In this document: positions 1 to 13,807 of the stretch, piece after piece
How positions within the stretch are numbered: the first letter of the stretch is position 1
Layout of the letters: each line of letters starts with the position of its first letter
NCBI RefSeq assembly: GCF_964204865.1
Contig: NC_135255.1
Span: 21,824,001 to 21,888,000, forward strand
Source of the DNA: Styela clava
Lineage: Eukaryota
Length of the DNA: 64,000 bases
Direction of reading: 5' to 3'
The notes under the pieces: generated by a model
Database searches by the model: none
What the model was told of the DNA's origin: nothing
The model's input: the letters and a program-made list of their open reading frames with translations, nothing else
Made by a program: the position numbers and the translations under genes

Positions 1-111
1 AAAATTAGAACACTCAACGAAATCGGCCATTTTATAATGGCACTGCAAAAATCAAAATTAAACATGTCTGTATTCATTCATAGCAGTTGATATCATGGCA
101 AAAAGGTCAGT

Positions 112-2059
112 TCAGTTCAATTCAGACACTTTATAGATGCCTCGCGCATTTATGAGATCTGGGGGACTGATACAACGTTTTATGCTGCTCCAGTCGTAAA
201 AAATCTGATCTTTCCGAAATGGCCATCTCCAGTTACATCCAGACTTCTCCATGACACTCACCTCGCACCCGTCAGTTGTGCGGGTTTTGACAATTCCAGG
301 GTATAATTCACCCTCATACGAAATTATAACATAATCACCAATGTTGCATTCTTCAAATGGCAAGTGATGAGCAGTTGAAACTACAGAGTGAGAGTTGGAT
401 GATTCAGGAGTAGAGGCTTCATCGCATTCATCGTCTGAGGAAACAATTTCAACCGTTGAATCTGAATCTTCAATATTTTGATTTGCTTGAGCTTTTTTTG
501 AAACCGTTTTTTCAAGTCTTGCCACATCTTCCTCACATGCGCTTTTCCCAGGTTCTACCTGAACCTTCTTTCTTGTTTTAGTTTCCTTTGCCACAGAAGA
601 TCTTAAATCTGAAATTTTCTCAAGAAATTTTTCACTGATAACATCAGAATCATCATGACTCGTAGTTCTTGGTAATCTACTGAGAACTTCTTCTTTATTG
701 AGCGGAACAAGTCCTGCTTTTTTAAATCCTGCAACTAGGTTGTTTGCTCCCCTGACATCAAGAGCAAAGCAGAGTTTGTTCAAAAGTGCTGGAAACTCAT
801 CTTTTCTTAGCGTTGCGGATGTCTGCCTTCTTTCTTTACTTTTCACAGAATTCAATATCGATCTCCAAGCGACTTTCATTGGCCTGAAATAGGCAATATC
901 CAGGGGTTGGGTGAGGTGCGTCGAATTAGGCGGTAGACATATGAAAGCTATATTGTGATCAAGACATGATTTCAGAACATCTGGACTGATATGGGAGGAT
1001 AAATTATCCCCAATGAGAACTTTTTTCCCATTTTGACGCTTCAGCCTAGGCAGCACCATTCGATTAAACCAATCTTGAAAACTAAATCCATCAAACCAGC
1101 CTGATCTTGATCTGTTGTATAGTGTCCCTGGTGGTCCTCCTTCAACCCAAGTGCTCCACAGATTCTCGGCTTTGTACACTACATACGGTGGCATCACTGC
1201 TCCTGCTGCATTCCCACAGAACATCAAACTTATTGCAGATTTTGTCGAATTCAGGATTCTTTCTGGGTATTTGCAGCCGCGCTTGCATATTATCTTCTTT
1301 TGCCCTAAAAATAAATGCTTTGATCACAATACAGTAATATTTATTATCCATACTAGACTGCAAGCCAAAGTGAAATTTTACATAACACCATAAATAGTTT
1401 AAAATTTGATTTGACGCAGTAAATATTTTAAAAAAGGGGATTAACAAAGAACGCTTGAAAAATTGAATACCGTAGTACTGTATATACTTAAAAGCAAAGT
1501 CACTCATACCTGGGTCATCAGTTAAGTTTGTTTCATCATAATTCCAAATATTTTCCGGGGGCACATCATCCAACTCTTCTTCGATGTTTTCAAAATATTT
1601 TTCAATAGTCTCACTCGATACCCCTGCCCTTTTCTTTTTTATATTCGTTGCGAATCGCACCGTTAGTTCTGAGTGCCTTTTTAAGAATGCTTTCACCCAT
1701 TCAACTCCAGGATAATTGCTGTGAAATTTACTGACAGTCACTCCTTTTGCATCAAGATAAGCTTTAACTATGCTTCTCAAATCTTCCTGTGCTATCGGAA
1801 AACCAAAACTGCTTACGGCTATGCAGTGCTCCACTAGAATTTTCTCAGTTTCTGCAGATAAAACTGTTTGCCCACCAAATTTTTTCATGTGCCTCAGTTT
1901 CAACTTATTCTTCAAAGTACTCCTAGGTATATTGAACTGTGCTGCAACGTTTCTTTGCGATTCTCCCCTTTTAATTGCTTCCAGAGCTCGCTGAAGTTTT
2001 TTCTCACTATAATCATGGTATCTTCTACTGCCCAAAACACGACTGAATTTTCTCACCAT
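112..2059 (-). CDS. pogo-like transposase, copy 1 (exons 2059-1510 and 1304-112; 580 aa)
   Basis: N-terminal psq/CENP-B-type HTHs (AAQFNIPRSTL; GVEWVKAFLKRH); catalytic NYDET...IGDN...QPLD with 35 residues between the 2nd and 3rd Asp. A GT-AG intron at 1509-1305 joins TDDPG to QKKIICKRGCKYPER in frame. Confidence 0.93.
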
Positions 2060-3048
2060 GATTTGAAATAAACTGTTTACATTTATAGATTAACTGGATG
2101 ACTAGAATGAGAAAATAAATTCGTTTTATTTCTGAAAAATAAAACAAAAAAGTAGGTTTGTATAGGGTAATAAGGTGGGCCAAAGTCAGTACCATATTAC
2201 ATGGAATTTTGCATTGTGGGCAAAAAACCTCCCTCATACGCCCCCAACTAGTTTAAACTTGTTCCAAACACCATAAAAACCTTCACAGAGAATATCTCTT
2301 CCAACCTGTAAAGAATAAGGACAATTGAATGTTTCTTTTTTGGACTTCTCAATAAAAGTACTGAGTTGCGATTTTTTTTTCAATTTTTTTATTTCTGACC
2401 CTCCAAATGAAAAAGTTTTTTTTCCCAAATATTTTTCATAAAGTGACAAGATTTTTTGTTGTATAATTATTGCTGCTGTTATTAACTACAGTATCAAAAC
2501 AAAATAAAATGGGAAATATCAAATAAAAGTAGATTTGGGTGGGTTTTAAACAAATTCTCAAAATGGGGCCAAAGTCAACCCGTGAGGTCAAAGTCACCCC
2601 GTTTTACGCCGTAAAGCGGGGTGACTATGACCCATTTTTGGTCTTTCAGTCAAAATATCTCGAATATTAAAAATCTATGAATTGCTATTCCGGGTCCAAA
2701 CTATGCATTTTAGAGGGGGTATACGTCGTGCATAATCATTGAACCAAAATATTTGTTTTTTCTATATTATTTTTTTTAATTTACGGTGGGCCAAAGTCAC
2801 CAGCAATTTCGGTACCACTTTGGCCCAGTGCCTATTTCTCCCCATAAATTAAGCTGTACCCATACTGAGACAAAGAAAACATTTATTACAGTGGGCTTTG
2901 GCCCACAGAGACTTTTTAAAAAAACAGAAACCCCAAAAAAATTAGAACACTCAACGAAATCGGCCATTTTATAATGGCACTGCAAAAATCAAAATTAAAC
3001 ATGTCTGTATTCATTCATAGCAGTTGATATCATGGCAAAAAGGTCAGT

Positions 3049-4996
3049 TCAGTTCAATTCAGACACTTTATAGATGCCTCGCGCATTTATGAGATCTGGG
3101 GGACTGATACAACGTTTTATGCTGCTCCAGTCGTAAAAAATCTGATCTTTCCGAAATGGCCATCTCCAGTTACATCCAGACTTCTCCATGACACTCACCT
3201 CGCACCCGTCAGTTGTGCGGGTTTTGACAATTCCAGGGTATAATTCACCCTCATACGAAATTATAACATAATCACCAATGTTGCATTCTTCAAATGGCAA
3301 GTGATGAGCAGTTGAAACTACAGAGTGAGAGTTGGATGATTCAGGAGTAGAGGCTTCATCGCATTCATCGTCTGAGGAAACAATTTCAACCGTTGAATCT
3401 GAATCTTCAATATTTTGATTTGCTTGAGCTTTTTTTGAAACCGTTTTTTCAAGTCTTGCCACATCTTCCTCACATGCGCTTTTCCCAGGTTCTACCTGAA
3501 CCTTCTTTCTTGTTTTAGTTTCCTTTGCCACAGAAGATCTTAAATCTGAAATTTTCTCAAGAAATTTTTCACTGATAACATCAGAATCATCATGACTCGT
3601 AGTTCTTGGTAATCTACTGAGAACTTCTTCTTTATTGAGCGGAACAAGTCCTGCTTTTTTAAATCCTGCAACTAGGTTGTTTGCTCCCCTGACATCAAGA
3701 GCAAAGCAGAGTTTGTTCAAAAGTGCTGGAAACTCATCTTTTCTTAGCGTTGCGGATGTCTGCCTTCTTTCTTTACTTTTCACAGAATTCAATATCGATC
3801 TCCAAGCGACTTTCATTGGCCTGAAATAGGCAATATCCAGGGGTTGGGTGAGGTGCGTCGAATTAGGCGGTAGACATATGAAAGCTATATTGTGATCAAG
3901 ACATGATTTCAGAACATCTGGACTGATATGGGAGGATAAATTATCCCCAATGAGAACTTTTTTCCCATTTTGACGCTTCAGCCTAGGCAGCACCATTCGA
4001 TTAAACCAATCTTGAAAACTAAATCCATCAAACCAGCCTGATCTTGATCTGTTGTATAGTGTCCCTGGTGGTCCTCCTTCAACCCAAGTGCTCCACAGAT
4101 TCTCGGCTTTGTACACTACATACGGTGGCATCACTGCTCCTGCTGCATTCCCACAGAACATCAAACTTATTGCAGATTTTGTCGAATTCAGGATTCTTTC
4201 TGGGTATTTGCAGCCGCGCTTGCATATTATCTTCTTTTGCCCTAAAAATAAATGCTTTGATCACAATACAGTAATATTTATTATCCATACTAGACTGCAA
4301 GCCAAAGTGAAATTTTACATAACACCATAAATAGTTTAAAATTTGATTTGACGCAGTAAATATTTTAAAAAAGGGGATTAACAAAGAACGCTTGAAAAAT
4401 TGAATACCGTAGTACTGTATATACTTAAAAGCAAAGTCACTCATACCTGGGTCATCAGTTAAGTTTGTTTCATCATAATTCCAAATATTTTCCGGGGGCA
4501 CATCATCCAACTCTTCTTCGATGTTTTCAAAATATTTTTCAATAGTCTCACTCGATACCCCTGCCCTTTTCTTTTTTATATTCGTTGCGAATCGCACCGT
4601 TAGTTCTGAGTGCCTTTTTAAGAATGCTTTCACCCATTCAACTCCAGGATAATTGCTGTGAAATTTACTGACAGTCACTCCTTTTGCATCAAGATAAGCT
4701 TTAACTATGCTTCTCAAATCTTCCTGTGCTATCGGAAAACCAAAACTGCTTACGGCTATGCAGTGCTCCACTAGAATTTTCTCAGTTTCTGCAGATAAAA
4801 CTGTTTGCCCACCAAATTTTTTCATGTGCCTCAGTTTCAACTTATTCTTCAAAGTACTCCTAGGTATATTGAACTGTGCTGCAACGTTTCTTTGCGATTC
4901 TCCCCTTTTAATTGCTTCCAGAGCTCGCTGAAGTTTTTTCTCACTATAATCATGGTATCTTCTACTGCCCAAAACACGACTGAATTTTCTCACCAT
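3049..4996 (-). CDS. pogo-like transposase, copy 2 (intron 4242-4446)
   Basis: Identical to copy 1 at +2937. Confidence 0.93.
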
Positions 4997-5985
4997 GATT
5001 TGAAATAAACTGTTTACATTTATAGATTAACTGGATGACTAGAATGAGAAAATAAATTCGTTTTATTTCTGAAAAATAAAACAAAAAAGTAGGTTTGTAT
5101 AGGGTAATAAGGTGGGCCAAAGTCAGTACCATATTACATGGAATTTTGCATTGTGGGCAAAAAACCTCCCTCATACGCCCCCAACTAGTTTAAACTTGTT
5201 CCAAACACCATAAAAACCTTCACAGAGAATATCTCTTCCAACCTGTAAAGAATAAGGACAATTGAATGTTTCTTTTTTGGACTTCTCAATAAAAGTACTG
5301 AGTTGCGATTTTTTTTTCAATTTTTTTATTTCTGACCCTCCAAATGAAAAAGTTTTTTTTCCCAAATATTTTTCATAAAGTGACAAGATTTTTTGTTGTA
5401 TAATTATTGCTGCTGTTATTAACTACAGTATCAAAACAAAATAAAATGGGAAATATCAAATAAAAGTAGATTTGGGTGGGTTTTAAACAAATTCTCAAAA
5501 TGGGGCCAAAGTCAACCCGTGAGGTCAAAGTCACCCCGTTTTACGCCGTAAAGCGGGGTGACTATGACCCATTTTTGGTCTTTCAGTCAAAATATCTCGA
5601 ATATTAAAAATCTATGAATTGCTATTCCGGGTCCAAACTATGCATTTTAGAGGGGGTATACGTCGTGCATAATCATTGAACCAAAATATTTGTTTTTTCT
5701 ATATTATTTTTTTTAATTTACGGTGGGCCAAAGTCACCAGCAATTTCGGTACCACTTTGGCCCAGTGCCTATTTCTCCCCATAAATTAAGCTGTACCCAT
5801 ACTGAGACAAAGAAAACATTTATTACAGTGGGCTTTGGCCCACAGAGACTTTTTAAAAAAACAGAAACCCCAAAAAAATTAGAACACTCAACGAAATCGG
5901 CCATTTTATAATGGCACTGCAAAAATCAAAATTAAACATGTCTGTATTCATTCATAGCAGTTGATATCATGGCAAAAAGGTCAGT

Positions 5986-7933
5986 TCAGTTCAATTCAGA
6001 CACTTTATAGATGCCTCGCGCATTTATGAGATCTGGGGGACTGATACAACGTTTTATGCTGCTCCAGTCGTAAAAAATCTGATCTTTCCGAAATGGCCAT
6101 CTCCAGTTACATCCAGACTTCTCCATGACACTCACCTCGCACCCGTCAGTTGTGCGGGTTTTGACAATTCCAGGGTATAATTCACCCTCATACGAAATTA
6201 TAACATAATCACCAATGTTGCATTCTTCAAATGGCAAGTGATGAGCAGTTGAAACTACAGAGTGAGAGTTGGATGATTCAGGAGTAGAGGCTTCATCGCA
6301 TTCATCGTCTGAGGAAACAATTTCAACCGTTGAATCTGAATCTTCAATATTTTGATTTGCTTGAGCTTTTTTTGAAACCGTTTTTTCAAGTCTTGCCACA
6401 TCTTCCTCACATGCGCTTTTCCCAGGTTCTACCTGAACCTTCTTTCTTGTTTTAGTTTCCTTTGCCACAGAAGATCTTAAATCTGAAATTTTCTCAAGAA
6501 ATTTTTCACTGATAACATCAGAATCATCATGACTCGTAGTTCTTGGTAATCTACTGAGAACTTCTTCTTTATTGAGCGGAACAAGTCCTGCTTTTTTAAA
6601 TCCTGCAACTAGGTTGTTTGCTCCCCTGACATCAAGAGCAAAGCAGAGTTTGTTCAAAAGTGCTGGAAACTCATCTTTTCTTAGCGTTGCGGATGTCTGC
6701 CTTCTTTCTTTACTTTTCACAGAATTCAATATCGATCTCCAAGCGACTTTCATTGGCCTGAAATAGGCAATATCCAGGGGTTGGGTGAGGTGCGTCGAAT
6801 TAGGCGGTAGACATATGAAAGCTATATTGTGATCAAGACATGATTTCAGAACATCTGGACTGATATGGGAGGATAAATTATCCCCAATGAGAACTTTTTT
6901 CCCATTTTGACGCTTCAGCCTAGGCAGCACCATTCGATTAAACCAATCTTGAAAACTAAATCCATCAAACCAGCCTGATCTTGATCTGTTGTATAGTGTC
7001 CCTGGTGGTCCTCCTTCAACCCAAGTGCTCCACAGATTCTCGGCTTTGTACACTACATACGGTGGCATCACTGCTCCTGCTGCATTCCCACAGAACATCA
7101 AACTTATTGCAGATTTTGTCGAATTCAGGATTCTTTCTGGGTATTTGCAGCCGCGCTTGCATATTATCTTCTTTTGCCCTAAAAATAAATGCTTTGATCA
7201 CAATACAGTAATATTTATTATCCATACTAGACTGCAAGCCAAAGTGAAATTTTACATAACACCATAAATAGTTTAAAATTTGATTTGACGCAGTAAATAT
7301 TTTAAAAAAGGGGATTAACAAAGAACGCTTGAAAAATTGAATACCGTAGTACTGTATATACTTAAAAGCAAAGTCACTCATACCTGGGTCATCAGTTAAG
7401 TTTGTTTCATCATAATTCCAAATATTTTCCGGGGGCACATCATCCAACTCTTCTTCGATGTTTTCAAAATATTTTTCAATAGTCTCACTCGATACCCCTG
7501 CCCTTTTCTTTTTTATATTCGTTGCGAATCGCACCGTTAGTTCTGAGTGCCTTTTTAAGAATGCTTTCACCCATTCAACTCCAGGATAATTGCTGTGAAA
7601 TTTACTGACAGTCACTCCTTTTGCATCAAGATAAGCTTTAACTATGCTTCTCAAATCTTCCTGTGCTATCGGAAAACCAAAACTGCTTACGGCTATGCAG
7701 TGCTCCACTAGAATTTTCTCAGTTTCTGCAGATAAAACTGTTTGCCCACCAAATTTTTTCATGTGCCTCAGTTTCAACTTATTCTTCAAAGTACTCCTAG
7801 GTATATTGAACTGTGCTGCAACGTTTCTTTGCGATTCTCCCCTTTTAATTGCTTCCAGAGCTCGCTGAAGTTTTTTCTCACTATAATCATGGTATCTTCT
7901 ACTGCCCAAAACACGACTGAATTTTCTCACCAT
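5986..7933 (-). CDS. pogo-like transposase, copy 3 (intron 7179-7383)
   Basis: Identical to copy 1 at +5874. Confidence 0.93.
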
Positions 7934-8922
7934 GATTTGAAATAAACTGTTTACATTTATAGATTAACTGGATGACTAGAATGAGAAAATAAATTCGTTT
8001 TATTTCTGAAAAATAAAACAAAAAAGTAGGTTTGTATAGGGTAATAAGGTGGGCCAAAGTCAGTACCATATTACATGGAATTTTGCATTGTGGGCAAAAA
8101 ACCTCCCTCATACGCCCCCAACTAGTTTAAACTTGTTCCAAACACCATAAAAACCTTCACAGAGAATATCTCTTCCAACCTGTAAAGAATAAGGACAATT
8201 GAATGTTTCTTTTTTGGACTTCTCAATAAAAGTACTGAGTTGCGATTTTTTTTTCAATTTTTTTATTTCTGACCCTCCAAATGAAAAAGTTTTTTTTCCC
8301 AAATATTTTTCATAAAGTGACAAGATTTTTTGTTGTATAATTATTGCTGCTGTTATTAACTACAGTATCAAAACAAAATAAAATGGGAAATATCAAATAA
8401 AAGTAGATTTGGGTGGGTTTTAAACAAATTCTCAAAATGGGGCCAAAGTCAACCCGTGAGGTCAAAGTCACCCCGTTTTACGCCGTAAAGCGGGGTGACT
8501 ATGACCCATTTTTGGTCTTTCAGTCAAAATATCTCGAATATTAAAAATCTATGAATTGCTATTCCGGGTCCAAACTATGCATTTTAGAGGGGGTATACGT
8601 CGTGCATAATCATTGAACCAAAATATTTGTTTTTTCTATATTATTTTTTTTAATTTACGGTGGGCCAAAGTCACCAGCAATTTCGGTACCACTTTGGCCC
8701 AGTGCCTATTTCTCCCCATAAATTAAGCTGTACCCATACTGAGACAAAGAAAACATTTATTACAGTGGGCTTTGGCCCACAGAGACTTTTTAAAAAAACA
8801 GAAACCCCAAAAAAATTAGAACACTCAACGAAATCGGCCATTTTATAATGGCACTGCAAAAATCAAAATTAAACATGTCTGTATTCATTCATAGCAGTTG
8901 ATATCATGGCAAAAAGGTCAGT

Positions 8923-10870
8923 TCAGTTCAATTCAGACACTTTATAGATGCCTCGCGCATTTATGAGATCTGGGGGACTGATACAACGTTTTATGCTGCT
9001 CCAGTCGTAAAAAATCTGATCTTTCCGAAATGGCCATCTCCAGTTACATCCAGACTTCTCCATGACACTCACCTCGCACCCGTCAGTTGTGCGGGTTTTG
9101 ACAATTCCAGGGTATAATTCACCCTCATACGAAATTATAACATAATCACCAATGTTGCATTCTTCAAATGGCAAGTGATGAGCAGTTGAAACTACAGAGT
9201 GAGAGTTGGATGATTCAGGAGTAGAGGCTTCATCGCATTCATCGTCTGAGGAAACAATTTCAACCGTTGAATCTGAATCTTCAATATTTTGATTTGCTTG
9301 AGCTTTTTTTGAAACCGTTTTTTCAAGTCTTGCCACATCTTCCTCACATGCGCTTTTCCCAGGTTCTACCTGAACCTTCTTTCTTGTTTTAGTTTCCTTT
9401 GCCACAGAAGATCTTAAATCTGAAATTTTCTCAAGAAATTTTTCACTGATAACATCAGAATCATCATGACTCGTAGTTCTTGGTAATCTACTGAGAACTT
9501 CTTCTTTATTGAGCGGAACAAGTCCTGCTTTTTTAAATCCTGCAACTAGGTTGTTTGCTCCCCTGACATCAAGAGCAAAGCAGAGTTTGTTCAAAAGTGC
9601 TGGAAACTCATCTTTTCTTAGCGTTGCGGATGTCTGCCTTCTTTCTTTACTTTTCACAGAATTCAATATCGATCTCCAAGCGACTTTCATTGGCCTGAAA
9701 TAGGCAATATCCAGGGGTTGGGTGAGGTGCGTCGAATTAGGCGGTAGACATATGAAAGCTATATTGTGATCAAGACATGATTTCAGAACATCTGGACTGA
9801 TATGGGAGGATAAATTATCCCCAATGAGAACTTTTTTCCCATTTTGACGCTTCAGCCTAGGCAGCACCATTCGATTAAACCAATCTTGAAAACTAAATCC
9901 ATCAAACCAGCCTGATCTTGATCTGTTGTATAGTGTCCCTGGTGGTCCTCCTTCAACCCAAGTGCTCCACAGATTCTCGGCTTTGTACACTACATACGGT
10001 GGCATCACTGCTCCTGCTGCATTCCCACAGAACATCAAACTTATTGCAGATTTTGTCGAATTCAGGATTCTTTCTGGGTATTTGCAGCCGCGCTTGCATA
10101 TTATCTTCTTTTGCCCTAAAAATAAATGCTTTGATCACAATACAGTAATATTTATTATCCATACTAGACTGCAAGCCAAAGTGAAATTTTACATAACACC
10201 ATAAATAGTTTAAAATTTGATTTGACGCAGTAAATATTTTAAAAAAGGGGATTAACAAAGAACGCTTGAAAAATTGAATACCGTAGTACTGTATATACTT
10301 AAAAGCAAAGTCACTCATACCTGGGTCATCAGTTAAGTTTGTTTCATCATAATTCCAAATATTTTCCGGGGGCACATCATCCAACTCTTCTTCGATGTTT
10401 TCAAAATATTTTTCAATAGTCTCACTCGATACCCCTGCCCTTTTCTTTTTTATATTCGTTGCGAATCGCACCGTTAGTTCTGAGTGCCTTTTTAAGAATG
10501 CTTTCACCCATTCAACTCCAGGATAATTGCTGTGAAATTTACTGACAGTCACTCCTTTTGCATCAAGATAAGCTTTAACTATGCTTCTCAAATCTTCCTG
10601 TGCTATCGGAAAACCAAAACTGCTTACGGCTATGCAGTGCTCCACTAGAATTTTCTCAGTTTCTGCAGATAAAACTGTTTGCCCACCAAATTTTTTCATG
10701 TGCCTCAGTTTCAACTTATTCTTCAAAGTACTCCTAGGTATATTGAACTGTGCTGCAACGTTTCTTTGCGATTCTCCCCTTTTAATTGCTTCCAGAGCTC
10801 GCTGAAGTTTTTTCTCACTATAATCATGGTATCTTCTACTGCCCAAAACACGACTGAATTTTCTCACCAT
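8923..10870 (-). CDS. pogo-like transposase, copy 4 (intron 10116-10320)
   Basis: Identical to copy 1 at +8811. Confidence 0.93.
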
Positions 10871-11859
10871 GATTTGAAATAAACTGTTTACATTTATAGA
10901 TTAACTGGATGACTAGAATGAGAAAATAAATTCGTTTTATTTCTGAAAAATAAAACAAAAAAGTAGGTTTGTATAGGGTAATAAGGTGGGCCAAAGTCAG
11001 TACCATATTACATGGAATTTTGCATTGTGGGCAAAAAACCTCCCTCATACGCCCCCAACTAGTTTAAACTTGTTCCAAACACCATAAAAACCTTCACAGA
11101 GAATATCTCTTCCAACCTGTAAAGAATAAGGACAATTGAATGTTTCTTTTTTGGACTTCTCAATAAAAGTACTGAGTTGCGATTTTTTTTTCAATTTTTT
11201 TATTTCTGACCCTCCAAATGAAAAAGTTTTTTTTCCCAAATATTTTTCATAAAGTGACAAGATTTTTTGTTGTATAATTATTGCTGCTGTTATTAACTAC
11301 AGTATCAAAACAAAATAAAATGGGAAATATCAAATAAAAGTAGATTTGGGTGGGTTTTAAACAAATTCTCAAAATGGGGCCAAAGTCAACCCGTGAGGTC
11401 AAAGTCACCCCGTTTTACGCCGTAAAGCGGGGTGACTATGACCCATTTTTGGTCTTTCAGTCAAAATATCTCGAATATTAAAAATCTATGAATTGCTATT
11501 CCGGGTCCAAACTATGCATTTTAGAGGGGGTATACGTCGTGCATAATCATTGAACCAAAATATTTGTTTTTTCTATATTATTTTTTTTAATTTACGGTGG
11601 GCCAAAGTCACCAGCAATTTCGGTACCACTTTGGCCCAGTGCCTATTTCTCCCCATAAATTAAGCTGTACCCATACTGAGACAAAGAAAACATTTATTAC
11701 AGTGGGCTTTGGCCCACAGAGACTTTTTAAAAAAACAGAAACCCCAAAAAAATTAGAACACTCAACGAAATCGGCCATTTTATAATGGCACTGCAAAAAT
11801 CAAAATTAAACATGTCTGTATTCATTCATAGCAGTTGATATCATGGCAAAAAGGTCAGT

Positions 11860-13807
11860 TCAGTTCAATTCAGACACTTTATAGATGCCTCGCGCATTTA
11901 TGAGATCTGGGGGACTGATACAACGTTTTATGCTGCTCCAGTCGTAAAAAATCTGATCTTTCCGAAATGGCCATCTCCAGTTACATCCAGACTTCTCCAT
12001 GACACTCACCTCGCACCCGTCAGTTGTGCGGGTTTTGACAATTCCAGGGTATAATTCACCCTCATACGAAATTATAACATAATCACCAATGTTGCATTCT
12101 TCAAATGGCAAGTGATGAGCAGTTGAAACTACAGAGTGAGAGTTGGATGATTCAGGAGTAGAGGCTTCATCGCATTCATCGTCTGAGGAAACAATTTCAA
12201 CCGTTGAATCTGAATCTTCAATATTTTGATTTGCTTGAGCTTTTTTTGAAACCGTTTTTTCAAGTCTTGCCACATCTTCCTCACATGCGCTTTTCCCAGG
12301 TTCTACCTGAACCTTCTTTCTTGTTTTAGTTTCCTTTGCCACAGAAGATCTTAAATCTGAAATTTTCTCAAGAAATTTTTCACTGATAACATCAGAATCA
12401 TCATGACTCGTAGTTCTTGGTAATCTACTGAGAACTTCTTCTTTATTGAGCGGAACAAGTCCTGCTTTTTTAAATCCTGCAACTAGGTTGTTTGCTCCCC
12501 TGACATCAAGAGCAAAGCAGAGTTTGTTCAAAAGTGCTGGAAACTCATCTTTTCTTAGCGTTGCGGATGTCTGCCTTCTTTCTTTACTTTTCACAGAATT
12601 CAATATCGATCTCCAAGCGACTTTCATTGGCCTGAAATAGGCAATATCCAGGGGTTGGGTGAGGTGCGTCGAATTAGGCGGTAGACATATGAAAGCTATA
12701 TTGTGATCAAGACATGATTTCAGAACATCTGGACTGATATGGGAGGATAAATTATCCCCAATGAGAACTTTTTTCCCATTTTGACGCTTCAGCCTAGGCA
12801 GCACCATTCGATTAAACCAATCTTGAAAACTAAATCCATCAAACCAGCCTGATCTTGATCTGTTGTATAGTGTCCCTGGTGGTCCTCCTTCAACCCAAGT
12901 GCTCCACAGATTCTCGGCTTTGTACACTACATACGGTGGCATCACTGCTCCTGCTGCATTCCCACAGAACATCAAACTTATTGCAGATTTTGTCGAATTC
13001 AGGATTCTTTCTGGGTATTTGCAGCCGCGCTTGCATATTATCTTCTTTTGCCCTAAAAATAAATGCTTTGATCACAATACAGTAATATTTATTATCCATA
13101 CTAGACTGCAAGCCAAAGTGAAATTTTACATAACACCATAAATAGTTTAAAATTTGATTTGACGCAGTAAATATTTTAAAAAAGGGGATTAACAAAGAAC
13201 GCTTGAAAAATTGAATACCGTAGTACTGTATATACTTAAAAGCAAAGTCACTCATACCTGGGTCATCAGTTAAGTTTGTTTCATCATAATTCCAAATATT
13301 TTCCGGGGGCACATCATCCAACTCTTCTTCGATGTTTTCAAAATATTTTTCAATAGTCTCACTCGATACCCCTGCCCTTTTCTTTTTTATATTCGTTGCG
13401 AATCGCACCGTTAGTTCTGAGTGCCTTTTTAAGAATGCTTTCACCCATTCAACTCCAGGATAATTGCTGTGAAATTTACTGACAGTCACTCCTTTTGCAT
13501 CAAGATAAGCTTTAACTATGCTTCTCAAATCTTCCTGTGCTATCGGAAAACCAAAACTGCTTACGGCTATGCAGTGCTCCACTAGAATTTTCTCAGTTTC
13601 TGCAGATAAAACTGTTTGCCCACCAAATTTTTTCATGTGCCTCAGTTTCAACTTATTCTTCAAAGTACTCCTAGGTATATTGAACTGTGCTGCAACGTTT
13701 CTTTGCGATTCTCCCCTTTTAATTGCTTCCAGAGCTCGCTGAAGTTTTTTCTCACTATAATCATGGTATCTTCTACTGCCCAAAACACGACTGAATTTTC
13801 TCACCAT
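11860..13807 (-). CDS. pogo-like transposase, copy 5 (intron 13053-13257)
   Basis: Identical to copy 1 at +11748. Confidence 0.93.

Noticed and set aside
112-2059. Two separate ORFs (305 aa and 371 aa) or a frameshifted transposase
   Set aside because: A canonical GT-AG intron (1509-1305) joins them into one intact 580-aa frame.
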